Notes: generated from the letters alone by a model not told the origin. Shown: positions 40,641 through 53,875, counted from the whole stretch's first letter. The stretch is 63,109 nucleotides of DNA, filler included, from Octopus bimaculoides (GCF_001194135.2; 7 parts of 6 records of this genome joined end to end with filler, not necessarily neighbours in it); one strand, 5' to 3'. Numbers and translations are program-made.

Positions 40641-43600
40641 ATAAAACACAATATTGACTTGTAAACCTGTAATATATTTGATAGTATAATATGATTGCAA
40701 AACGAATTACTGTGGCCTTACCAGCAATTAAATGTAGACAGTAATGATGACTGATGAGTCACATTCTGTGTCAGGTTTTGAATCTCTGTGAGTGTTTGAT
40801 CAGCCCTCTTAGATGGTTAGAAAACCAATCTCAATTGTACAGTCTATTTCTGGTGTTTCCTATGATTAGATGCTCTTCCTCTTAACATTAGTTACTTTAC
40901 AGAGTGAATTGAGGGTATTTTATCATGATACAAACACTATAGACATTGTCATGCCCTTGGCCAGAATAAAAGGTCTTCTCAACACGACATTGCTTCTGCA
41001 TTATCATTGACTGTTTTATGATGAATTTTATAGCATCAAACAACTGAGGTTGCACATGCCCAACAAAGCTGCATTGTTATATCAAAAGCAGATTTTATTT
41101 GAAAGTTATACTCTGAACAAATAAATGACATTCTTGTTGGTTGAGAAATAAGAAATTAATTATTTAACAATTGCTTTTTTAATGTATAGCTAAATAAGTT
41201 ATAGGAGCTAGTGAGTCCATAACTGCTTACTGCCAGCTAATGAGGAAGTATGCAAAAGTGAAATACATAATGTTGAAATATTTTGTCTGGATGTATAAGC
41301 ACAATATTCTAAGAAAATTCAAAAGCAGACAGAGAGATAGTTTAATTTGAACAGTTTATTTGTATTTAGAAAAAGCAAATTGTAGAAAATTTAGAAAGAA
41401 ACTTGAGATATATAATAAAATATCTTAGAGAAAATATGTAGAATATAAGCAAAACAAAAATAGAGAAGCAATACTTTGTCAGATTTGATTGATTCATCAA
41501 TGATTGAATTCTCAAGATAGACTTTAGGCACAGGCATGACCCAGGTCACAACATCAATTACCATCAAAGAGTCTGTGGAAAATTTCTTCTCAAGGGCTTC
41601 CCATCAGGCAACTGCTGAAATGGGAATTTTAAGTTAACATTAAAAATAAAAATATTTAATCAATGAAAATTACAAGAATTCAAAGAGTCTAGTAATAATG
41701 GTATGTGACAGTAAAGCTATTCATCATTTCATTTTGCCTGCTTTCTATGTTGCAATGAGAAGGATGGTTTGACAGGATTCAACACATAGGAGGACTATAT
41801 CTGCCCCCAATGTCTCATTTTTTGGCATGGTTTCTATGATTGAATTCTTTCTGACACCATCCACTTTACAGAGAGTATTTTTTTTTGTGGTACCAGCACA
41901 ATAAAAGTTGTTTTGCCACCTACAAGAATAATGTGACCTTTCAGCCTGTATTGTTGCTATTGTCAGCCTGATATTATTGCTATTCAGATCAATTATCAAC
42001 CACTTGATATGTATTGAATACTTTTTTGGCATGAGCACTGTTGGGGTTGTCTTGTAGCTTGTAAAGCAAAACAGGATACCCCTCAATGGAAAAAGAGTAA
42101 AAGGAAAAAAGTTGGATCTGTTGATATGTGGTGAGGATCTCCAGTAGTATTCTTTGTAATTATTTCCCTTATGAGAGGCACTGTCAATTTCTGGATTGTG
42201 ATTTTGAAAAATTGAGAAATTTGAAAATATGTTTTTTTTTAATGAAGTTGCTAAACTAAATAATAGTAATGAGCTTATTGTATATACTGCTGAGGTGCAC
42301 TAAAACTTGTCAGAAAAGAGTAAAAGGACACAGAAAGCAGAAATAAATCAAGTAAAGAAATACAGAGTTCGCATGATAAAAGAATAAGACAGAAAAATGA
42401 ACAATGAAAGAGCCATAAAGAATAAAACATGCTGTATGGGTACATCAGGAGTAGTGTTGGTAAATTTTGGAAAGCATGGAATTTTTGAAGGATATAGTGT
42501 ACTGACAACTAAGAAATGATGTGGGTAGTTTGTCCCATTCTTCAACAATTTTGAGCATGTAAAAACAAAAAGTTTCTGAAAGTCACAAGTTCTGTGCTGT
42601 GTTTTGATTATATAAGTGTGTCTACATGTGGTAGAGATAATGAATTCAAAATAGTAGCTAAAGTTATTGTTGGAAAGGTGGTGGATAATCTTATGGGCTT
42701 TCATCAAGTCAGCTACTATATATTGAAGTTAGTGAAGCAAGGTGTTTAAGATGCAGAAAGTAATTCAAAGAGGGTATTCATCTAGTTCCATGCCTCTGGA
42801 CAGCTTTCAGTAGATTGGTTTCTAGACAGAATGGAGGTTTCAGACTGGAGGTGCAGATGGTAAGTGTGGATGTAATATAGCCATACATAGCTTTAAATCT
42901 CATTTTTCTGTCTAAAGAGATTTTAACCAATATTTCTAGCAGTGCTTTAATGCTTGTTCACCTATTATTTTTTTTATCATCAATCCTTGCTCATCCCCTA
43001 GACTCAGGCTGGGAGGATTACATACTTACTTATTAACACCAAATAATTCATTTTAAAATCCTTATTTTAATGTATATTAACTGAATCTTTTCCAAACTGC
43101 AACCAATTTCTCTGTTTGAAATAGGCTAAGTATAGTCTATTACATGCATAAAAGATTGAATATAAAGAAGCTGAGAAAGCAATTTTGCATTGAAGGAATT
43201 GGGCAATATGTGCAGAAGTGGCTTTGTAGGTATTGACATGGTTCTGTGAACTGAGACTATGGTGTGAGCAAGCAGATCAAATCATAAAGTCTATATAGAG
43301 ATAAAAGTTCCAGTTTAGCTCTAAATGAAGTAAGTTTATCATTGAAGAGATGAAATCATGCCAAAACACTGTGTCTGGTAGTCTGCTCACACCATTTGGA
43401 TTTCAAATTGATATGTTTTCACTCACAAAGTCTACATCTTTATTCAGTTAAATCAGCCTTGATTGGTACTTTATTTTATTACCTTCAGGAGAATTGAAGG
43501 CAAAATTGACCTTATGGGAATTTGAATTTAGAACATAAATAAATACTGAAAGGTATTTGGTTTAGTCAGGTGTATTATCGATTATGCTAATATTCACTAC

Positions 43601-45689
43601 CCTAGTATTAGCAGCAAAAAAGTAATCCAAGCTGGATTGTAAATCACATTTGAAAATTCTATGAAATGTCATACAATCCCAGTTCATCATCATCGTCATC
43701 ATCAACATTTAACATCCATTTTCCATGCTGGCATGGGTTGGATGGTTTGACAGGGACTGGCAAGGCCAGGGGTCACACTAGGTCCCTTAGTCTGTTTTGA
43801 TTTGATTTCTAAGGTTGGATACTCTTCCTAATGCCAACCACTCCACAGAGTATACTGGGTGCTTTTTACATAGCACCATCACCAGTGCTTTTAACCCTTT
43901 CGTTACCAACCTGGCTGAAACTGGCTCTGGCTCTGAGTACAAATGGTTTGTTTTCATAAGTTTTGAATTAAAATCTTCCACCAAACCTTAGTCACAATTG
44001 ATGTTCCTAACATTAGCTTAATGATAACTAAGTTATTTTACTAAACTTTTTGTTATATCTAAAGTAATTGAAAGAGCATCTCAAAATAAATGCAGTAATG
44101 AAAGGGTTAAACATGGCACTAGTACCAGTACTTTTTACAAGGCACCAACAACCACATCAATGCTTTTTGTATGACACCTTGGGTTTAGGATCTCATTCCT
44201 GTTGTGGTGGGTGGTCTTGTAGATAGAAATAAACTTGCTTGACCTAATCAAATGTTTAGACAACCAACCTTATTGGTGATGTGTTATAATCTTTTACTTT
44301 CATCTTGTTCCATGGGTTACTAGTTCTGCACCTCAGATCATAAGGAACTTTTTTCATTGTGCTCAAGGCTGGACTTTTCAAAGAGTCATCTGGAATTTAA
44401 AGACAAATTTACAAAACAATGCTAAACATGTTATGACTAATTAATTCTAATAATGGTTACACTGCCAACACTTTTGCTTCCTACATAGCAACATGAGTTA
44501 TATAATACCTTACCACCTCCAAATGTCCTGGCTTTGTTATATCAGAGGCTTTCTATTAATTGAGTAATATTTTATTTCAGAAATGTAATTACACATTTAC
44601 ATTACCTATTTGGTTTGTGTTTCATTAAAAATATTCAACTTTATAATTTGTAATGAATTCACCATATCTGACTGTCATTGATGGAGAACTAATCAATTGT
44701 AAACTATCACTAACACAATACTATCACCAAACAAACACAGGACTATGAATAACTATCATAGTAAAAGTACAGTGTGTTGTATAAATTTACCAGTGTTTTG
44801 TCAGTTTTGAGATCAAATCCTCTTTTCTTGGGTAAAATAAGCTCACTACACAAGGTGTACATACTATATAATGGTAAGAACACTGATGGTAACTTTACCA
44901 CTGATGGTTACCTTCATGATAGTTGGAATTTCTTCAAAGGACTTCTAGTGGATTAACCATAAGGTTTCTGATCAAATAAAATACAAATGATTGAAGTGGT
45001 ATCTATCACTGAGAAGGCAAAAGTACACTGAAACAAATGTAGTCTGACAGTCCTCAGGTGTCATTTGGAGAAGTTGTTCTTTAAGACTAAATCTCATAAT
45101 GACTGCTTGTTCCATATTTGTCTGAACACAATGTGTGTGTGTGTGTTTCTATCTTTGATTACATTATGTATCTGCTTTTATGAAAATCCTGATCTACAAG
45201 TGGGAATGTTGTTGTCACTGCTTGCTTCACACCTTTGAAAATGTGTAGAATAAGAGATCTCACTCTTACAAAAAAAGGTGAGAGTGACAGGAAAGGCAAC
45301 CAGCATTTAATTGGCAAATATTTGACCATCCCCAAGTATAACAATATCTGTTTCAACATACAATTTTTTTCATCAAGGATTTTGCATAACAAATACATGA
45401 ATGTAAGTTTTTTTTAGTGTTGAGTAAGTTGCAGTTTTAACTTAAACACATTCTCCTCCTGAATCACATACAACCTTGCTGTAGAAATCTTATGAAGTTG
45501 GGGGACTATCTTACACTCTCAGCAAGACAGTATGGACACCACTAGTCACTAAATCATTTTCTGTCATCAGATTCTACTGAAGCCAACAGTTCTCTTGAAC
45601 TAACAGTTAAATACAAACTGTTACTTACCTTAAAGGGAAGGGGGGCATAGCTGTGTTTTTACCACAGAACAAGATTAAGTAGTAACAAT

Positions 45690-45900
45690 GGTCTCAAATT
45701 TTAATGCAAGGCCAGTAATTTTGGGGGAGAGGGTAAGTTGATTACATTGACCCCAGTGTTCAACAGGTACTTATTTTATCGACCCCAAAAGGATGAAAGG
45801 CAAAATCAACCTTGGTAGAATTTGAACTCAGAATGTAAAGACAGATGAAATGCTAAACATTTTGCCTGGCATGCTGATGATTCTACCAGCTCGCTGCCTT
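45690..45900 (-). mobile_element. SINE family C, CpG-decayed
   Basis: GAATGTAAAGACAGATGAAATG...CCTGGCATGCTGATGATTC versus the consensus GAACGTAAAGACGGACGAAAT...CCCGGCGTGCTAACGATTC. Confidence 0.82.
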
Positions 45901-45931
45901 ATTATATATATATATATATATATAATCGCTG

Positions 45932-45962
<31 letters not shown>

Positions 45963-46994
45963 ATCGCTGCCTTATATATATATATATATAATCTCCAACC
46001 ATGTCAAGTGATCCAGAAGCCTATTGTTACACTAAGAATGATAAGTTTGCCAAGAATTTTGGATATATTCTCCTGAGATTCATTACACAACAAAACAAAA
46101 CATTAAACATATACATACACACGTTTATCATAATCATTGTTTTAACATCCAGTTTTCTTTTCCATACTCATATACATCAACAAGAATTTATTGAGGCAGA
46201 TTTTCTAAGGCTGGACACCCTTCCTATCACCAACCCTCACCTGATTCCAAGCAAATTTAACTGTATGATGGTGATGCTAGTTTACATCATATGATGTCAA
46301 GACAAAGTGGTACAAATGCATATACATCCACTCACCCATATACATACATACGCATGCATGAATATATGCATACATACATGCATAGATACAAACACACACA
46401 TACATACATTTCAGTTTCCATCTACCAAATCTATTTACAAGCCTTTAGTTGGCCCAGGTAGAGAACATTAACCCAAGGAATCATGCAGTAGGACTGAACC
46501 TGAAACCATGAAGTGAGAAGTGAACTTCTTAACCACATAGCCCCTGTGTATACACACACGCATATGTACCCTCTTCCCTAACCCACTCCTATTTTCTTCA
46601 TCTTCCTCCAAATTGATATTCAATTTTGACCATGACCCCTTCCCGTTTGCTGTTCACTGCATTACATATATACCTATATTCCCTACCTCTAACCATTTGT
46701 TGCTCACCTTACACTCTTTTAAACTTACTTGATTCAATCCCTATCCCTCTCACCTGTTCCTCTTACCCTATCCCCTTCATAGTGATCCTCTTGAACCTTG
46801 AGGGTATGTTCTGACATCTCCTCCCTACCATTATCTCTCCATTTCCAGGGGTAGCCATGTATTTCTTCTACAGCAAGACATCTGCTCCTGTCCCTCTATC
46901 ATACTTTTACCTCCTAACACCTGGAATAAGGCACCTCCCTCAATGCTGCCCCACCTCTTGATTGAGGAGTCTTATCTTGCAAGCTACTTGGCAA

Positions 46995-47190
46995 CTTCAC
47001 TAGTGCCAGTAACATGAAAAAGCAACCAGCACAGCCTGTAAAGTGGTTGGCATGTGGAAGGGCATCCGGCCATAGAAGCCATACCGAAACAGATATTGGA
47101 ACTCAACACAGTCCTCTGACCTGTAAGATCCTGTGAAACTATCCAACCCATGCCAGCATGGAATACGGACACCAAACGATGATTGATGAT
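46995..47190 (+). mobile_element. RTE-like 3' end or RTE-related SINE with (GAT)n tail
   Basis: GTGGTTGGC...GGAAGGGCATCC.GCC.TAGAA and CCAACCCATGCCAGCATGGAA...GATGAT. Related pieces at about 38610-38690 (+) and 43685-43880 (-). Confidence 0.6.
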
Positions 47191-47227
47191 GATATGAAAA
47201 CACACACACACAAAAGCCATGCACGCG

Positions 47228-47258
<31 letters not shown>

Positions 47259-47508
47259 GTGTATATGTTTCAAACACAGAACTATACTTTGGTATACTTA
47301 TTGTTGAGATAGTGAAAAATGAATAGGAATACCAGAGAACTATCAAAGTTGGTGGTGTGTATCCTGTCAGCAACACTATGTTCAGACCATGGCCAGGATA
47401 TGTCATTATCAGACAGCCCAGTTGGTTAACTGTAAATAGGCACCACGAGGAAGGAACATAACATTGCTGTAAATAGTACATAAAACACTCTATAGTCTTG
47501 GAGTTTAC

Positions 47509-47566
47509 CAATAATATTTAGCCTCTCTTGTTTGGTTGTCTTTAGTTGTTTTTTGAGATGATTGAT
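47509..47566 (-). CDS. Candidate exon of the putative nested minus-strand gene (INHLKKQLKTTKQERLNII), coiled-coil-like
   Basis: Very strong acceptor atttcttttttcttcttcag and donor G|gtaaac; phase 0 to 1. Next strong acceptor at 47430 (gcctatttacag) is open only in phase 1. Confidence 0.4.
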
Positions 47567-48050
47567 CTGAAGAAGAAAAAAGAAATACAGTTGAAATATT
47601 GTGTTCTTGTTTCCTTGCAGTACTGGTATAAAGATGGCTGGATCAAAAAACATACTGTAATAACCACTAAACAGGTAGGGTACAAGGCCAAGATACTGAA
47701 CTTTCAACAACCCTGTATATTTGGACACAAACAGGCAGTATGAACAGCAGTGTTAAAAGCAAGATAAAAACAGTAAGATGAATATATTAATAGCAAAACT
47801 AAAATAACATAACAAGAATAACAGAAAATAGAATTATAAAAGCACCTGGGCCTGTTATTATATATAATTTCATTTATTTCAGTTGCATTTCATATAAATA
47901 CTTGTCAATTAATAAATTTTAATTCACTTATGTATGTTAGTTGAGCTGTATGTGGAACTGTAGTGAGAACTATGCTCTTATGTAATATAGCTAATATAAA
48001 AATAAATTCATTAGAAAATCTCTGTTTGAGATAGAAGGCATTAGTGTTAC

Positions 48051-48249
48051 TTCATTTGCAAATGAGTGTCCACCACTGAAGTGATCCAATAAGATCAAAA
48101 TCATGTGATCTGGTGATCTCTGAGCTAGGGTGGCAGGAGTTCTCCCCTTCTTGAAATAAATATTGGGTGTGAAAGTGCACTGAATAACCAGCTGGAGGAG
48201 ATGTTTTCCTGGGTTTAAAATAGCAATATCATCAGTTCTCAGAGAACAC
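48051..48249 (-). CDS. Candidate exon of a putative nested minus-strand gene (CSLRTDDIAILNPGKHLLQLVIQ...DHFSGGHSFANE); product unknown
   Basis: Acceptor cactttaacatag and donor GAA|gtaaca; 66 open codons in one frame. Ends phase 0, matching the exon at 47566. Confidence 0.3.
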
Positions 48250-49553
48250 CTATGTTAAAGTGACAATAAACACTATCTTAAAGATAAATTTATTCTTCAT
48301 ATATTCTACCTTTATCAGCAAATTAATCAGATGATAAGAGAAAAAGAGAAAATTATTGACTAAAAATAATCATACTATACAGGGGCTAGGAAGCCAAAGA
48401 TATACAGTAGTTAATGCTTATTTTGGCATATACGAAATATGTAGGGAAAATGGTAAATAATAAAATTTGTTCCACCCCCAAAAATAACTCACAAAAGTAT
48501 AATAGAGGATAACTCTACTACACTACCTTGTATCTGGAATCTTACATTTCCTAAACTACTATAATTAACTTTGACAGACTTATTATTGAAAATTTTATAG
48601 CACTTTTGAGTAGTAGATCCTGGATTACATGGTTATTTCCTTTTAGAAGGTGAAATGTAGCTTAATGAAAGGACAAATTGAAAAATGATAATGATGGTTG
48701 CCATTGTTATGAATATATTTATTATCATCAATTTTGTCCCTTATTATTTATCTTTATATATTTATTATCATCAGTTTTGTCCCTTATTATTTATCTTGTT
48801 TCTCTCCATGAAATTCAATTGAATTCAGTTGTTGTCTTAAATTCATGCTTATTCATTTTCTAAGCTTCCTAAATTCATGCTACGTTATATTCTAATCACC
48901 CAGAATTCATGGCTCTTTTAAAAAATTACGATTTATGCATTGTTGTCTCTCAAATATTTAAAATCTACAATTAAGAGCCCTCTCTACTCGCTGGCGGTAC
49001 CTACCCACCACTACCCATTTTCCTTTATTCAAAAATTCTTATCGCTCCTTAAAATTATGGCTTTTAAGTGTTGATTTCTCAGCCCAAGAATTACAGCGTG
49101 ATGTGCTGCTTGACTGGTCCCCNNNNNNNNNNNNNNNNNNNNNNNNNNNNNNNNNNNNNNNNNNNNTTAATTAATTAANNNNNNNNNNNNNNNNNNNNNN
49201 NNNNNNNNNNNNNNNNNNNNNNAACACTTATATGATTGCGCACATGTATTCGTTTATCTAACCATCCATCCTTCAATACTTACATACAAGTATTCGCACA
49301 CACGCGCCTGTGCACACACGCACAGACACACACACCCACGCTCTAACACACACATATATACATCATACATATATGTGTGTATGTATATATATATATATAT
49401 ATATATAAACGCACACGCATATATATATATATATATATACGCCATACATATATATATGTGTGTATAAATATATGTATGTAAGTATATGTATGTGTGTGTG
49501 TATATGCAATATGTATATATATGTGTATGTATATACATATATGTATATATACA

Positions 49554-49605
<52 letters not shown>

Positions 49606-49722
49606 TGTTGTACTTGGGGATGGTCATATTGCCAGTTTAGCCAATAAAAACACGTGCACTGTATATTTGATGTTAATTTGCTTCAGCTTTATATTGCATT
49701 ACATTACATTAATCCTATTTCG

Positions 49723-49849
49723 GCCAGAGTTCTTTCGTCCCACTTCTGTGACCTCATGGCTAATAGTTAGCAAGGTGGGACACACGTAAGAAAGAAGAAA
49801 CCAAAGGACCACTGATGAGGTCACAGAAGTGTGACGAAAGAACTCTGGC
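49723..49849. repeat. 35-bp inverted repeat (one mismatch) containing CTGATGA...GAAA
   Basis: GCCAGAGTTCTTTCGTCCCACTTCTGTGACCTCAT versus ATGAGGTCACAGAAGTGTGACGAAAGAACTCTGGC; the right arm is cut by a gap. Confidence 0.88.
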
Positions 49850-50791
49850 NNNNNNNNNNTATATATATATATATACACACATATATATGTGTCTATATAT
49901 ATATAAATATGTGTGTATGTGCGTGTTAATAAGTGTGCATGTATGTGTTAATAAATGTAGCCGTTTTTATTGAGACAACGTGACTATTTACGTAATCATC
50001 TATTCACTCTCAAACGCGTAAAGACACGCGCAAGTGCATACACTCACTCACCCACACCACCACTACCACCACCACCACTACCACCACTACCACCACCACT
50101 AACACCACTACCACCACCATCACCACCACTGCACACGTATATATTATATATTATATATTATATATTATATATAATCCCGTAAATTTTTCGAGATCAAATA
50201 GCTATACTCCGTCTCTGAAGTATGTCTGCTCATTGTTAGTAATGTGTTATTTTTATGTCCTGTTTATAACACCTATCTTATTTTGTGTGTTTGATGATGA
50301 CGATCAAGCAGATGGTGGGCGGTGGTGGTGGTGGTGGTGGGGGAGGGGTTGTGAAGGTGGTGTCGGTGCTGGTGCTGCTGCTGCTGCTTGTTACAATGGT
50401 GATGATGATAGTGTTCGTGATGTATCGGCAGTGGTTTTTTGTGTTGGGGTTAGTGATAGTGGTAGAGATGACAGCGGCAATAGTGGTGAATTTGGCTGTG
50501 TTGTTGTTGTTGTTGTTGGTGGTAGTGGTGGTGGTGGTGGTGGGGTATGAATGGTATCGATGGCAAAGACATTGCCCGTGGTGATGGCTGTGAGTGCGTG
50601 GTGGTGCTGATGGTAAATACACAAATACATAAAGTTTTATTTGTTGGAATGTCGATTACAAAAACAAATTCACATTTTAAACATGAGAAAAGTCTTGCAT
50701 ATTTCTACTGTTCCACTTACAGATTATATTTGGAGTGCAATTATGTACATGTCTATGTGTATACACACACACATATCTAAATATTTTACAG

Positions 50792-50887
50792 AAGCAGCAA
50801 AGTGGCTCAAGGACCAAGAGTTTCGTGCATTGGCACTTATCAAACATTCGGCCTTTGAGTCACTCTTTTGCTTCTATTAATAAAAAT
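50792..50887 (+). CDS. Candidate upstream ATD exon of the same gene (KQQSGSRTKSFVHWHLSNIRPLSHSFASINKN); alternative in-frame acceptor at 50723
   Basis: Acceptor atattttacag and weak donor AAT|gtacat; 96 nt, phase 0-0, so it joins 54548 in frame. Position and the F..W pattern fit the segment before the YDAV helix. Other frames also look protein-like, so this is uncertain. Confidence 0.5.
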
Positions 50888-52274
50888 GTACATATAGTCA
50901 TATTTTGTGTTCTGTCTTTACTGTTTGTATTACCATACCCTTATACATACATACAAAAGAGATCCGATAGAATAATTACTNNNNNNNNNNNNNNNNNNNN
51001 NNNNNNNNNNNNNNNNNNNNNNNNNNNNNNNNNNNNNNNNNNNNNNNNNNNNNNNNNNNNNNNNNNNNNNNNNNNNNNNNNNNNNNNNNNNNNNNNNNNN
51101 NNNNNNNNNNNNNNNNNNNNNNNNNNNNNNNNNNNNNNNNNNNNNNNNNNNNNNNNNNNNNNNNNNNNNNNNNNNNNNNNNNNNNNNNNNNNNNNNNNNN
51201 NNNNNNNNNNNNNNNNNNNNNNNNNNNNNNNNNNNNNNNNNNNNNNNNNNNNNNNNNNNNNNNNNNNNNNNNNNNNNNNNNNNNNNNNNNNNNNNNNNNN
51301 NNNNNNNNNNNNNNNNNNNNNNNNNNNNNNNNNNNNNNNNNNNNNNNNNNNNNNNNNNNNNNNNNNNNNNNNNNNNNNNNNNNNNNNNNNNNNNNNNNNN
51401 NNNNNNNNNNNNNNNNNNNNNNNNNNNNNNNNNNNNNNNNNNNNNNNNNNNNNNNNNNNNNNNNNNNNNNNNNNNNNNNNNNNNNNNNNNNNNNNNNNNN
51501 NNNNNNNNNNNNNNNNNNNNNNNNNNNNNNNNNNNNNNNNNNNNNNNNNNNNNNNNNNNNNNNNNNNNNNNNNNNNNNNNNNNNNNNNNNNNNNNNNNNN
51601 NNNNNNNNNNNNNNNGCTGAATCGAGGAAAGGAAGCTTACGGAATTTTTTTTAATGCGTTATCTCTAAATCGAACGATTTCGGGATTAATCTATACTGAT
51701 GAACGAAAACTAGATCTCATTCTAGTAATCGCGAAATCGGCCGATACATAGTTGAGTTATTTAAAAGAAAGTTGGTTTCTTCTGTTGGTTGCTCGCATTC
51801 GGTACTAAAATGTGTTATATATATATATATATATATATAACACTTACAAGGGCTCAAATGATTTTAACTTACACTTCGAAATCTTTACTGAAGACTAAGT
51901 CCGTGGGCTAAGGGGCGTCCGTAAAAGGAATCCAGGTGAGCAGATATAGAGATAATGATGCAAATAAAAAAATAAAGCCGTCTGGGTTAGATACATAAAA
52001 CATACATACATATATACATATAAATAGAGAGAACCAAGAATGAAAATATTCAAACGATGAATATTCATGTACAAATATACAGATATTTATATATTAACAG
52101 AGGAGAATGTGTAGTAGTACAGGTCTGACAGCTGTTTCTGGGGGGCTCGGAATTACGTAATAATGTTGGTAGATGTAGTTTTCAAAACATCAAGAATATG
52201 CAATCTGCTGTGGATGTATATAAACATTTCGGTAAATCCGGCTTCCGTCATTAGGCTGAAGAGATTGGTAGGTA

Positions 52275-53197
52275 TTGGGTTATTCCATAAATAAGGCAGT
52301 TTTTTTTATACTTCTTTTATTTTTCAAAATTAGGTAAACAAATTTCTTTATTAATCTAAAATATACTCGCCTTCATTTTCTACAATGCTCTTCCAATTAT
52401 GTAGTAGACTTGCAAGGCCCTTATTCCAAAATTCATTGTCAGTGACGAAAAATACTCCTCCAGTACTGTTCTGACCTCGTTTACAGAATTCATATTTTTT
52501 CCGTCCAAAAGATTTTGAAGACTGCGGAAAAAATGATAATCAGATGGGGCGATGTCCGGCGAATATGGTGGGAGGGGCATCGTTTCCCATTCAAACTGCT
52601 CCAGTCTTTGGAATGTCATCCTTGCTGTATGTGACTGATCATTATCCTGTTGGAAGTACACATTTCGTCTTGAAACATAACATGGTCGGTTTTCTTCTAG
52701 CGCTGGTGTCGATGAATGGTTGAATGACCAAATTCAAGTTTCTTTGCTAGTTTCCCAATAGTTACGATGGGATTTCGTTCCGCTAGGGTTTGCAGGACGT
52801 CCTCGTCGAGCCCTACAAATCTTCCAGGACGAGGTTCTTCTTCTAGGCTGTAGTTACCGGCTCGGAATATCTAGAACCGCCGTTGACACTAGCTTACGCT
52901 TATTGTCCGATCCCCATATACAGCATTAATATTCCTCGCATTTTCCGTTGCGTTCTTGCCTTTATTGAACTCATAAAGCAAAATATGCCAAATATGCTCC
53001 TTTGTCACTTCCGTTATAGCTTTGAAAAAATAACTATTATAATCGAACTCCAGTCTTCAAAACTTGCACTAAGAATAAGGACAAGGTACAATCATTGCCT
53101 GCTTTTAAAGCAAGTTGATGCAGGTAGTTTATCCTGTCCCATTCGACTTTTAGTTCATGCAATTGAAAAAAACCGCATTATATATGGGATGACCCAA
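52275..53197 (-). mobile_element. Internally deleted mariner element with both TIRs and TA target duplication
   Basis: 29-bp TIRs TTGGGTTATTCCATAAATAAGGCAGTTTT and TTGGGTCATCCCATATATAATGCGGTTTT (5 mismatches), TA on both sides. HTH region FRAGNYSLEEEPRPGR and catalytic QQDN...PPYSPDIAPSDYHFFRSL. Confidence 0.9.
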
Positions 53198-53822
53198 TAA
53201 CATTTCAAATCAGATTGGAGGGAAATTTAACGGTAGAATGGGTGCAGAGGAAGGCCAATAGAAGTAAGTGGAGGGAGGAAGTAGGCAGCTCAAGGGGAGT
53301 GTTGAAGTAAGGAAGGGCAAGAAGAGATAGGAGAGTCAGAGCAAGAAGAGGGAAGGGTAAGTGACCAGGGTATTGAGAGAAGTAGAAGTGGTGAGTCGGG
53401 AGATGAATGGGAAGAGGTACGATGAGTATTATTGTGAGGGGTGGTCGTTGTTTGGTTTGACAACAAATGTTATAAGTTGGCGATAGTTGGGGCTATGAAA
53501 CTGAGAGAGGGGAATTGATACAATGAGAGAGTGGAGAAGTGAATATTAAATTGGAGGGTGGCGAAGGGAGAATTCAAAGAATGAAGATGGGTTGACGACG
53601 GAAGAAGAATACAGCAGTAGGTAGAAAATATGAGTCAATAGAGCGTGGGGTGGACAGAGAGGGAGAAAGGGAGGGATAGGTTGGTAGCAAGAGCAAAGTA
53701 GTACTAAGTTGTTCTGGTTGAAAATGTTCGGAGTAAATGGGGAAGGAATTCGAAGTTTGAGGATGGGGTGACGGTGAAGGAGGATATGGTGGGTGAGAGG
53801 AATGTGCAATAGACAGTAGCCC

Positions 53823-53853
<31 letters not shown>

Positions 53854-53875
53854 CATACATACATACATACGTACA

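Noticed and set aside
41017-41118. C-box (ATGATGA) and D-box (CTGA) spacing like a C/D snoRNA
   Set aside because: No convincing terminal stem or guide, and such motifs are frequent by chance in AT-rich DNA.
47621-47674. Plus-strand mini-exon YWYKDGWIKKHTVITTKQ with good splice sites
   Set aside because: No resemblance to an ATD, and it lies in a block whose splice signals are mostly minus-strand. Not fully excluded.
52213-52256. Minus-strand CTAATGA...GAAAT hammerhead-like motif
   Set aside because: Two core mismatches and only a 2-bp stem II.
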